A stretch of 64,000 bases of DNA, taken from the sequence record PP236086.1. The stretch is one strand, 5' to 3'. Source of the DNA: Enterobacter phage ZX14. Position numbers and translations under genes: made by a program. Below are positions 37,208-45,048 of this stretch, piece after piece (the first letter of the stretch is position 1; each line of letters opens with the position of its first letter). Below the pieces are notes generated by a model, which did no database searches, was not told where the DNA came from, and was given only the letters and a program-made list of their open reading frames with translations.

Positions 37208-37518
37208 ATCTCACTTGAAGAAATCCAGGTACCTTCAACCAGATTACCGTTTTCATCAAGTTCGTAATCGTATTGACGGCATGCGTATTCAATATAGTTA
37301 TCTTCGGCATTAGTGCCTTTAGGATAATAGGTCTCACCATTGCCATAATCGCCACGGCTCATAGAAATACCATATTGGTCCATCAGTTGTTCTGCACGAG
37401 CTTCATCTACAGGTTCTAGAAGAGCTTCAATTGCTTTGCGAGCAGAGGCCGCATCGGTAATCAGAGGGATACGAGTTTCAACAACTTCAAAGGCCTGGTT
37501 TTTCAGTTTCTTACTCAT
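37201..37518 (-). CDS. WxSSSxxC-family small protein (member 5)
   Basis: A 105 aa ORF ending GTWISSSEMC; contains YYPKG. Confidence 0.5.
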   Translation of the reverse strand: MSKKLKNQAFEVVETRIPLITDAASARKAIEALLEPVDEARAEQLMDQYGISMSRGDYGNGETYYPKGTNAEDNYIEYACRQYDYELDENGNLVEGTWISSSEMC

Positions 37519-37910
37519 TTTCTTCTCACATTTTTAATAAAAAGTTCAGTTGATTTACGCTCATTAACTAAATCATGAGCAGCTCTTTCTGCCATATATT
37601 CTTTGTTATGTTTCTTCCATGGAAGATATTCTTTAAAGAAATAACTTACACGTTCACTTTGATAGGTCAAATACCAAGATAATGGAAACCCACAAATCAA
37701 ATATTTTGTTGTTTCAACTACCCAAGGCGCAACTTTATCTTTCATGCCTTTATCAAAAATAAGCATATCGGCAAAACAAAAAGCAAGAGCTAATACAGCA
37801 GAAAGAAAAGCCGCTATTAAAAATGAACCAAACCAATCTAAGTTACGACGAAATGTAGGCTTCATTCTATAGTACATCATAGGCTCCTTTACGGGCTTTA
37901 ATATTAGCAC
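37515..37910 (-). CDS. Membrane protein
   Basis: A 131 aa ORF with 2 TM helices. Confidence 0.45.
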   Translation of the reverse strand: MLILKPVKEPMMYYRMKPTFRRNLDWFGSFLIAAFLSAVLALAFCFADMLIFDKGMKDKVAPWVVETTKYLICGFPLSWYLTYQSERVSYFFKEYLPWKKHNKEYMAERAAHDLVNERKSTELFIKNVRRK

Positions 37911-38571
37911 GACATTGGTCTACGAAATCTAAGACAATAATAGAACGGTCCTGATTTCGACCTTTAGCCTTATGGAAATATTCGTCGATTTTAGGGAACC
38001 AATATTCTTTCAAGGATTTAATCTTATCACTGGTATAAGAAAGCTTACCAATGACCGTATCACCCGTAGTAATAATAACACCGAACTTAGTTTTGTTGAA
38101 TTCAAGAGCAATGTAGTATGTATTATCACTACGATTATTAAAAGCAGAAACAGACTTTTTCAATGATTGCCAATTCCGCTCATCATTATTAAAGGCAAAA
38201 ATTGAATATTCTAACGAGTAGATATCAATGATTTTAAGCTGCCCGTGTCCATCTACTTCTTTAAAGAACTTAATGATGTTATTCATATCATTAAGAACAA
38301 ATGCTGGTGCCAACCCCGCTTTAAAATCATTAGAACCAATAGAAGACCTTGATGGAGCCCAGTCACTATTCGTTATTTTTGAACTAGGGTACTTTGCTGC
38401 AATTTTAATAATATCCATTGGTAAACGAGTATTAACAGCAAAACTCTGAATCATATCTCGTTGATTGTGTTTTAAATGACGAGTTACAGCAATCAATTCA
38501 TCCGTGTATTCAGCGCTATTGACACCTGATTTAGGCGAAATATCAGGCCCACAACCTTCGTAAAAACTCAT
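37867..38571 (-). CDS. Hypothetical protein
   Basis: 234 aa ORF. Confidence 0.45.
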   Translation of the reverse strand: MSFYEGCGPDISPKSGVNSAEYTDELIAVTRHLKHNQRDMIQSFAVNTRLPMDIIKIAAKYPSSKITNSDWAPSRSSIGSNDFKAGLAPAFVLNDMNNIIKFFKEVDGHGQLKIIDIYSLEYSIFAFNNDERNWQSLKKSVSAFNNRSDNTYYIALEFNKTKFGVIITTGDTVIGKLSYTSDKIKSLKEYWFPKIDEYFHKAKGRNQDRSIIVLDFVDQCRANIKARKGAYDVL

Positions 38572-38608
38572 AATATTTTCCTCAAGATGTTAATCTTAAT
38601 TATCCCAG

Positions 38609-38630
38609 TAAGAGGGCCGAAGCCCTCTTC
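38609..38630 (-). terminator. Terminator-like UUCG hairpin after the PspA-like gene
   Basis: agagggccgaagccctct. Confidence 0.5.
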
Positions 38631-38633
38631 ATA

Positions 38634-39227
38634 TTATTTCAGACTTGCCAGATATTCTTCAACATCAGCTTCAGTCGTTACAGTGCCAGGTTCAGCAGTG
38701 TGGAAGGTGTCAACTTTCATCAGAGTATCATCGACGGCAACTTTGGCCAGTGCAGCGATTTCAGTTACATCTTCGGCAGTTGCAACACCAAGAGCAGCAG
38801 CGCTACGAGTTTCACGGATGAATTCGAGCTTAACAGCCAGGTCTTGACGAGCATCGTCCAGCTCAACTACTTTCTGTTCGATTTCTTGACGCATGCCTAC
38901 ATATTCGTCTGCTTTCTTAATCAAAGCTTCAGCAGTACGACGATACAGAAGACCAAGCTTAGCATGAGTGCCTACAGGCTGACCATTTGCCAGGAGACGC
39001 TTGATTTCTTTTTCTTTACTTTCGGCCAGAGTAGTTTTTTCTGCGGCCAGAGCACGGATGCGTTTTTCTTCGTTGATGGATTTCACATGGCTGGTACGCA
39101 GCATAGTGATTTTATCAATCAGAAGGTTAGCAGCTTCAGTGTACTGGTCTTCTACAGTAGTGTTACGAGCAACAAAAGAACCCAGTTTAGCACGGATGAA
39201 TTCAACCAGTTTTTTCAGAATAGCCAT
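38634..39227 (-). CDS. PspA/IM30-family-like coiled-coil protein
   Basis: 197 aa. [15 protein letters not shown]...[28 protein letters not shown] parallels E. coli PspA MGIFSRFADIV...[21 protein letters not shown]. Helical throughout. Confidence 0.5.
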   Translation of the reverse strand: MAILKKLVEFIRAKLGSFVARNTTVEDQYTEAANLLIDKITMLRTSHVKSINEEKRIRALAAEKTTLAESKEKEIKRLLANGQPVGTHAKLGLLYRRTAEALIKKADEYVGMRQEIEQKVVELDDARQDLAVKLEFIRETRSAAALGVATAEDVTEIAALAKVAVDDTLMKVDTFHTAEPGTVTTEADVEEYLASLK

Positions 39228-39272
39228 TTTATTTTCCTTTCATGTGATTAAGAATTAAATTATATCCCGGTA

Positions 39273-39312
39273 GTGTAGAAGCATACTAACACAACTCCTA
39301 CACGTTGTAAAC
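39273..39312 (-). promoter_or_regulatory. PeSL-like early promoter upstream of PspA-like gene
   Basis: gtgtag...ctacac; tgtaaac at 39306-39312. Confidence 0.5.
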
Positions 39313-39542
39313 TACTTATAAGTTTCGATAATTTCTTCCATGAAATCAAGTACAAGATTATCAATCACAGAGTGTTCGTCTTCGCCGTGAGTTTGCATAG
39401 CAGACAGAATAATATTTTCCATTGCACGTAAAGCAGACAAGCGTTCTTCACCAGATGGGAAGTTAGGCGTCTGTCCGAACAGACGTCCAAAAGAACTGAA
39501 ATAGGCTTGTGCTGCAGCTTTAGCTTTATCAGGATAATGCAT
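39312..39542 (-). CDS. Hypothetical protein
   Basis: A 76 aa ORF with a PeSL upstream. Confidence 0.4.
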   Translation of the reverse strand: MHYPDKAKAAAQAYFSSFGRLFGQTPNFPSGEERLSALRAMENIILSAMQTHGEDEHSVIDNLVLDFMEEIIETYK

Positions 39543-39559
39543 GTTATTTTCCTCATATT

Positions 39560-39602
39560 GTCTGTAGGAACATCATAACACGTCCTACAGACATTGTAAA
39601 CA
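39560..39602 (-). promoter_or_regulatory. PeSL-like early promoter (gtctgtagga...tcctacagac + GTTTACA)
   Basis: Near-duplicate of the 22929 element; tgtaaac at 39596-39602. Confidence 0.6.
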
Positions 39603-39604
39603 CT

Positions 39605-39952
39605 TTATTTGTACCATTCTTCTTTCATGGCTTTAAGGACTTCAATATCTGTTTCTCTGCTGTAACGATACTCTTTCATGCGACGCAATAAGGCGATATC
39701 ACTACCAAAGTTAGAAGAAATTTCTTCAAGCACATGGTCGAACGAGTAGTAGAATCGCCCTGATGGTTTGTTGTTAGCCCTGAATTTAACAAATTTGTAA
39801 AATCCAGTATCAGGGTCTTTATAGAAGCAAAACGTACAGAAACGTAAAGCTTCAGGGCTTACAGCCCGCACAAGAAAATCTTGTTCAGAGAAAGAAATAC
39901 CTTTAGAAGGCTTAGCAAAGAACATTAAAGAGCCAGCACCAAAATAAATCAT
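39605..39952 (-). CDS. Hypothetical protein
   Basis: The internal Met start is chosen to avoid overlap. Confidence 0.35.
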   Translation of the reverse strand: MIYFGAGSLMFFAKPSKGISFSEQDFLVRAVSPEALRFCTFCFYKDPDTGFYKFVKFRANNKPSGRFYYSFDHVLEEISSNFGSDIALLRRMKEYRYSRETDIEVLKAMKEEWYK

Positions 39953-39959
39953 TGTTTCC

Positions 39960-40568
39960 TCACTTAGTTTTCTGGCGGCAAATACGACGAGCTTCATCTT
40001 CGGCCAAGTCAATGATGCTACGCAGAACAGGAACACGTTGATAAGTAGAATGAATATCTAAAACGATATATTTCGTCTTGCCATCGTCATGCCAGCCCCA
40101 GGACTTTTCACCATGAGAGCCTTTGATTACCGCTGATACTTCTACTGAGCGACCACCATCAGCAATCTTAGTTTCTACTTTCCATTCATTACGCTCAATT
40201 GCTTCAGCCTTTTTTCGGTTATCTTCTGCTGCAGCAGCAGCCCAATCAAACTTACCAAAAGCATGCATAGCTGCACTTTGGAATTCATTAGCAACATATT
40301 TCTGCATAATAGTCATAACATCTGAAGGGTCTACCTCTTCACTATTTTCCATAGACAAAGGTTCGGACAGACCCATGAGTTCATCTACGGTCAGGCATTC
40401 AGTGTCATCAGTGATAGCAAAACGTTTTTGGTACCAAGGATAATCCAGGCAGTTATGAGTCTGGGCCGTCAGCGGACTGATGCGAATCAATTGCTGACCA
40501 TTGTGCATTACAAAGCTTTCACCTACAGCAACATCTTTAAAAAGTTTCATATTAGTGTCCTTTGCCAA
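39960..40568 (-). CDS. Hypothetical protein
   Basis: 202 aa ORF. Confidence 0.45.
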   Translation of the reverse strand: MAKDTNMKLFKDVAVGESFVMHNGQQLIRISPLTAQTHNCLDYPWYQKRFAITDDTECLTVDELMGLSEPLSMENSEEVDPSDVMTIMQKYVANEFQSAAMHAFGKFDWAAAAAEDNRKKAEAIERNEWKVETKIADGGRSVEVSAVIKGSHGEKSWGWHDDGKTKYIVLDIHSTYQRVPVLRSIIDLAEDEARRICRQKTK

Positions 40569-40857
40569 AGAAATAATCAGTCAGAGCCATTTCAACCGAT
40601 TCGTCGAGAAATACAAGTTCATCATCGGCATCAAGCATATCTGGGGTGTCTTCAAGAGCAGCTTCACCGTCACGAAGACCTTGAAGTGCTGCAGCCCAGG
40701 CACCTTCGAAATCACCGTCAGCCTGACGAGCAATTAGATTTGCATGAGTCATAATCCAAGAGGCTTGCCAGTGCATAGTTTTATCATCGAAGATTTTGAA
40801 CGATGGGCATTCAAACATCTCGGCAGGATATTCCATTGAAATCAGATTACGTCGCAT
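40552..40857 (-). CDS. Hypothetical acidic protein
   Basis: A 101 aa ORF with a PeSL upstream. Confidence 0.45.
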   Translation of the reverse strand: MRRNLISMEYPAEMFECPSFKIFDDKTMHWQASWIMTHANLIARQADGDFEGAWAAALQGLRDGEAALEDTPDMLDADDELVFLDESVEMALTDYFFGKGH

Positions 40858-40874
40858 TTTTGTATCTCCAGTTC

Positions 40875-40918
40875 GTTAGTGTAGGAACATACTAACACGC
40901 CTTTTTATGGATGTAAAC
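40875..40918 (-). promoter_or_regulatory. PeSL-like early promoter at end of tRNA region
   Basis: gttagt...actaac; tgtaaac at 40912-40918. Confidence 0.45.
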
Positions 40919-41336
40919 ACCCGCCCTAGATACCCGAAAGGGCTCCCATTTCTGAGAACCCTTTCGAATCGGCGCTGTACGTAGTCGCACCTAGAGGTAC
41001 CATTCGCCTTACGGTTTCATTTGCGATATCCACCGTCGTTCGTTTAAGTTGATTTGTCATAGGGCTCGAACCTACACGCTTAGGTCTGTCGCACCGGTTT
41101 CCGCCTTACTCACCTGGGTACCAACCAGGGTTTCAAACAAGCTATTCCAGTCGTGTCTACCAAATTTCACCACACAAATCATAAATTATACGGAACGCCG
41201 GGGCATGCACCCGGTTATAAAGCAGTTGACGCTACTCTATATTTTTAAGAGGCGAGCATCTCGACCATATCCGAACGTTTCGTCAAAAACGCTACTCGGC
41301 TTACGGCAAAGATGGGTCCTCGAACCGTTTGTTTAG

Positions 41337-41410
41337 AGGCGGGTGATGGACTCGAACCATCGCATATCGGGATATGAACCCGACCTTCTACCAACTGAAT
41401 GTAACCCGCA
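41337..41410 (-). tRNA. tRNA with anticodon CAU (Met or lysidine-Ile)
   Basis: The reverse complement gives GCGGGTTACATTCAGTTGGTAG...TCGGG-TTCATAT-CCCGA...GATGG-TTCGAGT-CCATC-ACCCGC. Cloverleaf with T-loop TTCGAGT; anticodon loop TTCATAT. Confidence 0.7.
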
Positions 41411-41674
41411 TTTGTCCGGGTCCAGAGAGTACTAATAAGTAGGCTGTAGTAGAACCCATTGACTAGAATCAATGAGGGAACATGAACCTTTAGCCCCGGC
41501 ATTATCTTATGGACTTCAAACTCTTCTCTCTAGACTGCCTCGTATTATTGCGCCCATCTTGCTGTGGCATTAGACCATGAAGCATTACCGAAATCGCCTG
41601 ATTACGTTAATGTCTGGGTGCTATCCAGGGAACAGAGCTTGGACGGCTTTCCATATCGTCATATGGATTTCTGT

Positions 41675-41750
41675 TGGGGTGACCTGTGGGACTTGAACCC
41701 ACGACTACAAGAATCACAATCTTGAATTCTACCAACTGAATTAAGGCCAC
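41675..41750 (-). tRNA. tRNA-His (GUG)
   Basis: The reverse complement is GTGGCCTTAATTCAGTTGGTAGAATTCAAGATTGTGATTCTTGTAGTCGTGGGTTCAAGTCCCACAGGTCACCCCA. Anticodon loop TTGTGAT; CCA encoded. Confidence 0.8.
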
Positions 41751-41781
41751 ATCAATATTCACTCGTAAATGAATATTAATT

Positions 41782-41857
41782 TGGCTAGGGTATCAGGACT
41801 CGAACCTGAGCATAATGGGATCAAAACCCACTGCCTTACCAACTTGGCTATACCCTA
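41782..41857 (-). tRNA. tRNA-Gln (UUG)
   Basis: The reverse complement is TAGGGTATAGCCAAGTTGGTAAGGCAGTGGGTTTTGATCCCATTATGCTCAGGTTCGAGTCCTGATACCCTAGCCA. Anticodon loop TTTTGAT. Confidence 0.8.
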
Positions 41858-41953
41858 TTTAACTGGCGGTTAGTGCAGGTATCGATACCTGCCTTGTCCT
41901 AAGACACGGATTAACAGTCCGTCGCTTCCCCTCTCAGCCAACTAACCGGAATT

Positions 41954-42032
41954 TGGTGGTTGTGCCTGGAATCGAACCAGGGTTCCTAAATTTAACTAAA
42001 GGGCGCTTATGCCTGCTTGGCGCGACACAACC
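41954..42032 (-). tRNA. tRNA-like gene, anticodon ambiguous (possibly UAA); non-canonical D-loop and variable-loop lengths
   Basis: The reverse complement is GGTTGTGTCGCGCCAAGCAGGCATAAGCGCCCTTTAGTTAAATTTAGGAACCCTGGTTCGATTCCAGGCACAACCACCA. The acceptor and T-arm are clean, but the anticodon stem (CTTTA/TTAGG) has a mismatch. Confidence 0.55.
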
Positions 42033-42038
42033 TGAATT

Positions 42039-42114
42039 TGGTGGGTCTGGATGGACTCGAACCATCGACACCCGCATTAAAAGTGCGGTGCTCTACCAAC
42101 TAAGCTACAAACCC
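42039..42114 (-). tRNA. tRNA-Lys (UUU)
   Basis: The reverse complement is GGGTTTGTAGCTTAGTTGGTAGAGCACCGCACTTTTAATGCGGGTGTCGATGGTTCGAGTCCATCCAGACCCACCA. Anticodon loop CTTTTAA. Confidence 0.8.
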
Positions 42115-42196
42115 ATATTACTGTTCTTTAGTCGAGCCGACTTGTCCGTATTCTTTCAACGGTGAGCTGATAGCTGTAACAGTAATACTCTAAATT

Positions 42197-42284
42197 TGGT
42201 GGGGAGTGATGGAGTCGAACCACCCGAGTCGCAATGACAACAGATTTACAGTCTGCACCGCTACCTCTACGGAATTAACTCCCC
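42197..42284 (-). tRNA. tRNA-Tyr (GUA), type II
   Basis: The reverse complement is GGGGAGTTAATTCCGTAGAGGTAGCGGTGCAGACTGTAAATCTGTTGTCATTGCGACTCGGGTGGTTCGACTCCATCACTCCCCACCA. Anticodon loop CTGTAAA; long variable arm. Confidence 0.75.
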
Positions 42285-42297
42285 GTGATACTTTTAT

Positions 42298-42540
42298 TTA
42301 TTCAGTATATCTCTTGAACTGTAAAGCAAAATCTTCATCAACCTTAGTCAAGAAGTGTCCTGCCTTAAATCGTTTAGAGCTACCTTCAACTTCTACACCG
42401 TAACCGTTCTTACCAAGGACTCGACCAACTCGCATTTCACCAGGGTCACCCATTGAATTACAACGAACACCATATAGAACAAAATCATTTTCGAACACCG
42501 GAGTTTGTTTCCGATCTTTAATTAATTCTATCATATTCAC
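42298..42540 (-). CDS. Hypothetical protein embedded in tRNA cluster
   Basis: 80 aa ORF. Confidence 0.4.
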   Translation of the reverse strand: MNMIELIKDRKQTPVFENDFVLYGVRCNSMGDPGEMRVGRVLGKNGYGVEVEGSSKRFKAGHFLTKVDEDFALQFKRYTE

Positions 42541-42541
42541 C

Positions 42542-42997
42542 TTAAAGCATATTACGTTTTAAGTTTTCACGAACTCGATAAAGGTTTGAACAGAATTCCT
42601 GTTCGGTTAGAACGGTTTCATTCTTTTTCGACTTGCCCATCGAGTGAGTTAATGTAGAGTTCTGTGTAGCCAGAAGTGCTCTCTTGAACCCTTCATTACG
42701 TCCTAATTCATTATATGCACGTTCAATAAGAAGTCTGTAGGCGTCACTCTGACGTTGCATAGGCACACCTTTCCAGTACAGGGTTTGAGTACGCCACCAC
42801 TTCTTTTTCTTACCTTTGAACTTAGCTGCTTTACCAACTAGAGTACAAACATGTTCTTGCATTTCGACTGAACTAAATTTCAGTGATTGCAAAAATCCTT
42901 CCATCGAAGCACATTCTACACCATCAATTGTAAAAGCATGAGGTGCAAAATTACTTAATGCAGATGAAGGATAACCTGAACCTGAACCAATATCCAT
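42542..42997 (-). CDS. Hypothetical basic protein embedded in tRNA cluster
   Basis: 151 aa. The N-terminal DIGSGSGY resembles SAM-binding motif I. A Lys-rich patch (KFKGKKKKWWR) suggests nucleic-acid binding. Confidence 0.45.
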   Translation of the reverse strand: MDIGSGSGYPSSALSNFAPHAFTIDGVECASMEGFLQSLKFSSVEMQEHVCTLVGKAAKFKGKKKKWWRTQTLYWKGVPMQRQSDAYRLLIERAYNELGRNEGFKRALLATQNSTLTHSMGKSKKNETVLTEQEFCSNLYRVRENLKRNML

Positions 42998-43254
42998 TAT
43001 TCATTTTCCTTTTCAAGAAGGAACATATACATATCGTCATGGTCTTGCATAACGTTTTCAAATTGTGATTCGTATTCAGCCAATGGTGCAGAACCAAGCC
43101 AGTTAGCACATTGAATACGTAAGTCGCCATTAGCGCCTTGATAAATCAAAGCTTCAGAATATCCACCTGAAGCCCATTCGATAATTGCATGTCCTAAACG
43201 ATATTTCATTATATTTTCCTCAGTGTCTGGTGTCCCCTGATGGATTCGAACCAT
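42997..43254 (-). CDS. Hypothetical protein embedded in tRNA cluster
   Basis: 85 aa ORF. Confidence 0.4.
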   Translation of the reverse strand: MVRIHQGTPDTEENIMKYRLGHAIIEWASGGYSEALIYQGANGDLRIQCANWLGSAPLAEYESQFENVMQDHDDMYMFLLEKENE

Positions 43255-43304
43255 CGACCCACAGCTTAGAAGGCTGTTGCTCTATCCGGCTGAGCTAAGA
43301 GGAC
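43228..43304 (-). tRNA. tRNA-Arg (UCU)
   Basis: The reverse complement is GTCCTCTTAGCTCAGCCGGATAGAGCAACAGCCTTCTAAGCTGTGGGTCGATGGTTCGAATCCATCAGGGGACACCA. Anticodon loop CTTCTAA. Confidence 0.8.
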
Positions 43305-43307
43305 GAA

Positions 43308-43385
43308 ATGGTGGCCCTTCTGGGAGTCTAACCCAGCTTACACCGGTTATGAGCCGGGTACTTTCACGCGACAGTACAAAGGGCC
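43308..43385 (-). tRNA. tRNA with anticodon CAU (second Met/Ile-type), unusual T-loop TTAGACT
   Basis: The reverse complement is GGCCCTTTGTACTGTCGCGTGAAAGTACCCGGCTCATAACCGGTGTAAGCTGGGTTAGACTCCCAGAAGGGCCACCA. Confidence 0.65.
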
Positions 43386-43394
43386 TGAATAATT

Positions 43395-43480
43395 TGGTGC
43401 ACCGAGTGGGACTTGAACCCACAATCCATAAGGCGTATCATTTTAAGTGATATATGTATACCAATTCCATCATCGGTGCG
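43395..43480 (-). tRNA. tRNA-Leu (UAA), type II
   Basis: The reverse complement is GCACCGATGATGGAATTGGTATACATATATCACTTAAAATGATACGCCTTATGGATTGTGGGTTCAAGTCCCACTCGGTGCACCA. Anticodon loop CTTAAAA. Confidence 0.75.
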
Positions 43481-43704
43481 TTCTATTTCGAAAGCTCTCT
43501 TGATGCACTAGAAGCCGTTAGGTATATTCTAATGTCTAACACGTTGTCACGAATAAACAGAAACCCTGCGCAAAGTACCGTCCAAATCGTCTAGAGAACT
43601 TTCTGAATAGAGGCCTCAATTTTTAGAGAGGGTATAGGATTAGTTTTGACTATCCTTGAGGCCAAATTGGAGTCATAACTCCAGGTAGTAATAATAACAC
43701 TTTA

Positions 43705-44004
43705 TTATAAAAGCATATTAATGTAAGTATTTTGAATCTGTGGGAGATTAAGTTCATCTTTAAAGATGTCATATTCTTTAATGCTCTTACCATCTTCAGA
43801 AACAAAGAAGGAAAGATTCACACTATTGAATTCCCAGCGCATATCAACTAGCCGTACCGCAGTAGAGCTTCGGCCTATGGCCACTACATCTACTTCATAA
43901 AGAAAATCAGGGCCCCAGGTTTCGATATGTTCTTCACACATTTCTTGATCAGCTTTATAGCCGTTCTGTGGCTTAGTAATCTGAGCAAACAATTTCATCA
44001 GCAA
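43705..44004 (-). CDS. Hypothetical protein
   Basis: 99 aa ORF. Confidence 0.4.
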   Translation of the reverse strand: MLMKLFAQITKPQNGYKADQEMCEEHIETWGPDFLYEVDVVAIGRSSTAVRLVDMRWEFNSVNLSFFVSEDGKSIKEYDIFKDELNLPQIQNTYINMLL

Positions 44005-44390
44005 TTACCTTCTGCAACAATCACATGAGTTTTGGCATTAACAATCTGCCACCATTGGAAACGACCACTGCCATAAAGAGGCTTGTTTTCGTTGGCTGCA
44101 ATAATATCACGCAGTTCATCTTCGGTCGCTGCTTTTGCTATAAGGTCTTCATAACCACCGCGTGGATAGTAGTTCTCACCGGCAAACAGCAAGAAGTTAG
44201 GCACGATAGCCTTGAACTCTTCCAGGGTAATTACAGTTCCACCTGGCTGCATAATTTCAACATAACTATAAGGGCAATTCTGAGCTACGTCTACAGCTTG
44301 CAGAAGTGTATCGTGTGCAAAGCAGATTTGATTATCTTTATCCTTAGAAGGATTTGCTGAATAGTCACCAAATACTTTATACATCTTCAA
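43998..44390 (-). CDS. Hypothetical protein with YYPRGG motif
   Basis: A 130 aa ORF containing ...ENYYPRGGYEDLI... Confidence 0.45.
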   Translation of the reverse strand: MKMYKVFGDYSANPSKDKDNQICFAHDTLLQAVDVAQNCPYSYVEIMQPGGTVITLEEFKAIVPNFLLFAGENYYPRGGYEDLIAKAATEDELRDIIAANENKPLYGSGRFQWWQIVNAKTHVIVAEGNC

Positions 44391-44625
44391 CCACCTTCAT
44401 TGTACGTTTGCAGACAACATAGTCTTCACGGTTCAACCCTTCAAAGTCAAGTTCTTTCAAAGCATCTTCAACAGTGTCAAAACCTAATGCTTCAGTCAGA
44501 CCAGTTAGATACCAGCCACCATATTCAAAATCGCTATTATACGCACAGAAAGAACCAAACTCTTTATTTCGAATTACATAATCAAAAGTTTCCATATTTT
44601 CCTCACAGATCGTCACAATCACCAC
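44377..44625 (-). CDS. Hypothetical protein
   Basis: 82 aa acidic ORF. Confidence 0.4.
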   Translation of the reverse strand: MVIVTICEENMETFDYVIRNKEFGSFCAYNSDFEYGGWYLTGLTEALGFDTVEDALKELDFEGLNREDYVVCKRTMKVVEDV

Positions 44626-44794
44626 TATAAATGGTCGTAAAAGATGAATCCATTACTTCATAACGGTCATAACAACCAGAAGTACCATTTTCTCTGGCAT
44701 ACTCTAAAGCTTGTTCTGGTGAGCTAAAGGTATCGATAAGGTCTCGAGACCCACCGCCAGGATAATAACGAGACCACATAAACAGTGCGTACAT
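44603..44794 (-). CDS. Hypothetical protein with YYPGGG motif
   Basis: A 63 aa ORF whose ...RYYPGGGSRDLI... parallels the 43998 ORF. Confidence 0.4.
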   Translation of the reverse strand: MYALFMWSRYYPGGGSRDLIDTFSSPEQALEYARENGTSGCYDRYEVMDSSFTTIYSGDCDDL

Positions 44795-44800
44795 ATTTCC

Positions 44801-44995
44801 TCACTTAGCGATGTTGTGCATCAGGAATGCAATACCACCAATAACTGCGGTTACGGCCAGTGAAACCATATTCTCAGTTGTCGTCAACAGGCCAGTCAAG
44901 AATCCAGCAAACATAGAGAAGCTGAAAGTTGTTACTGCGACGAGGGCTGCTACATTACGGATTGCTTCGGCACGTTTCATTTTATTCTCCATCAC
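44801..44995 (-). CDS. Small membrane protein
   Basis: A 64 aa ORF with two TM helices. Confidence 0.4.
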   Translation of the reverse strand: MMENKMKRAEAIRNVAALVAVTTFSFSMFAGFLTGLLTTTENMVSLAVTAVIGGIAFLMHNIAK

Positions 44996-45048
44996 TTCAT
45001 TTGTTTTGATAGGACCATCTTATCATGCCCTATTCAGCTTGTAAACAC

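Noticed and set aside
41045-41130. Possible tRNA, suggested by gggctcgaacc (reverse complement of GGTTCGAGCCC)
   Set aside because: No complementary acceptor stem or anticodon arm could be built. It is kept only as part of the candidate ncRNA region.
42542-42997. SAM-dependent methyltransferase call based on the N-terminal DIGSGSGY
   Set aside because: The motif sits at residues 2-9 with no room for the preceding helix, and downstream motifs II and III are not recognisable. Left as a hypothetical basic protein.
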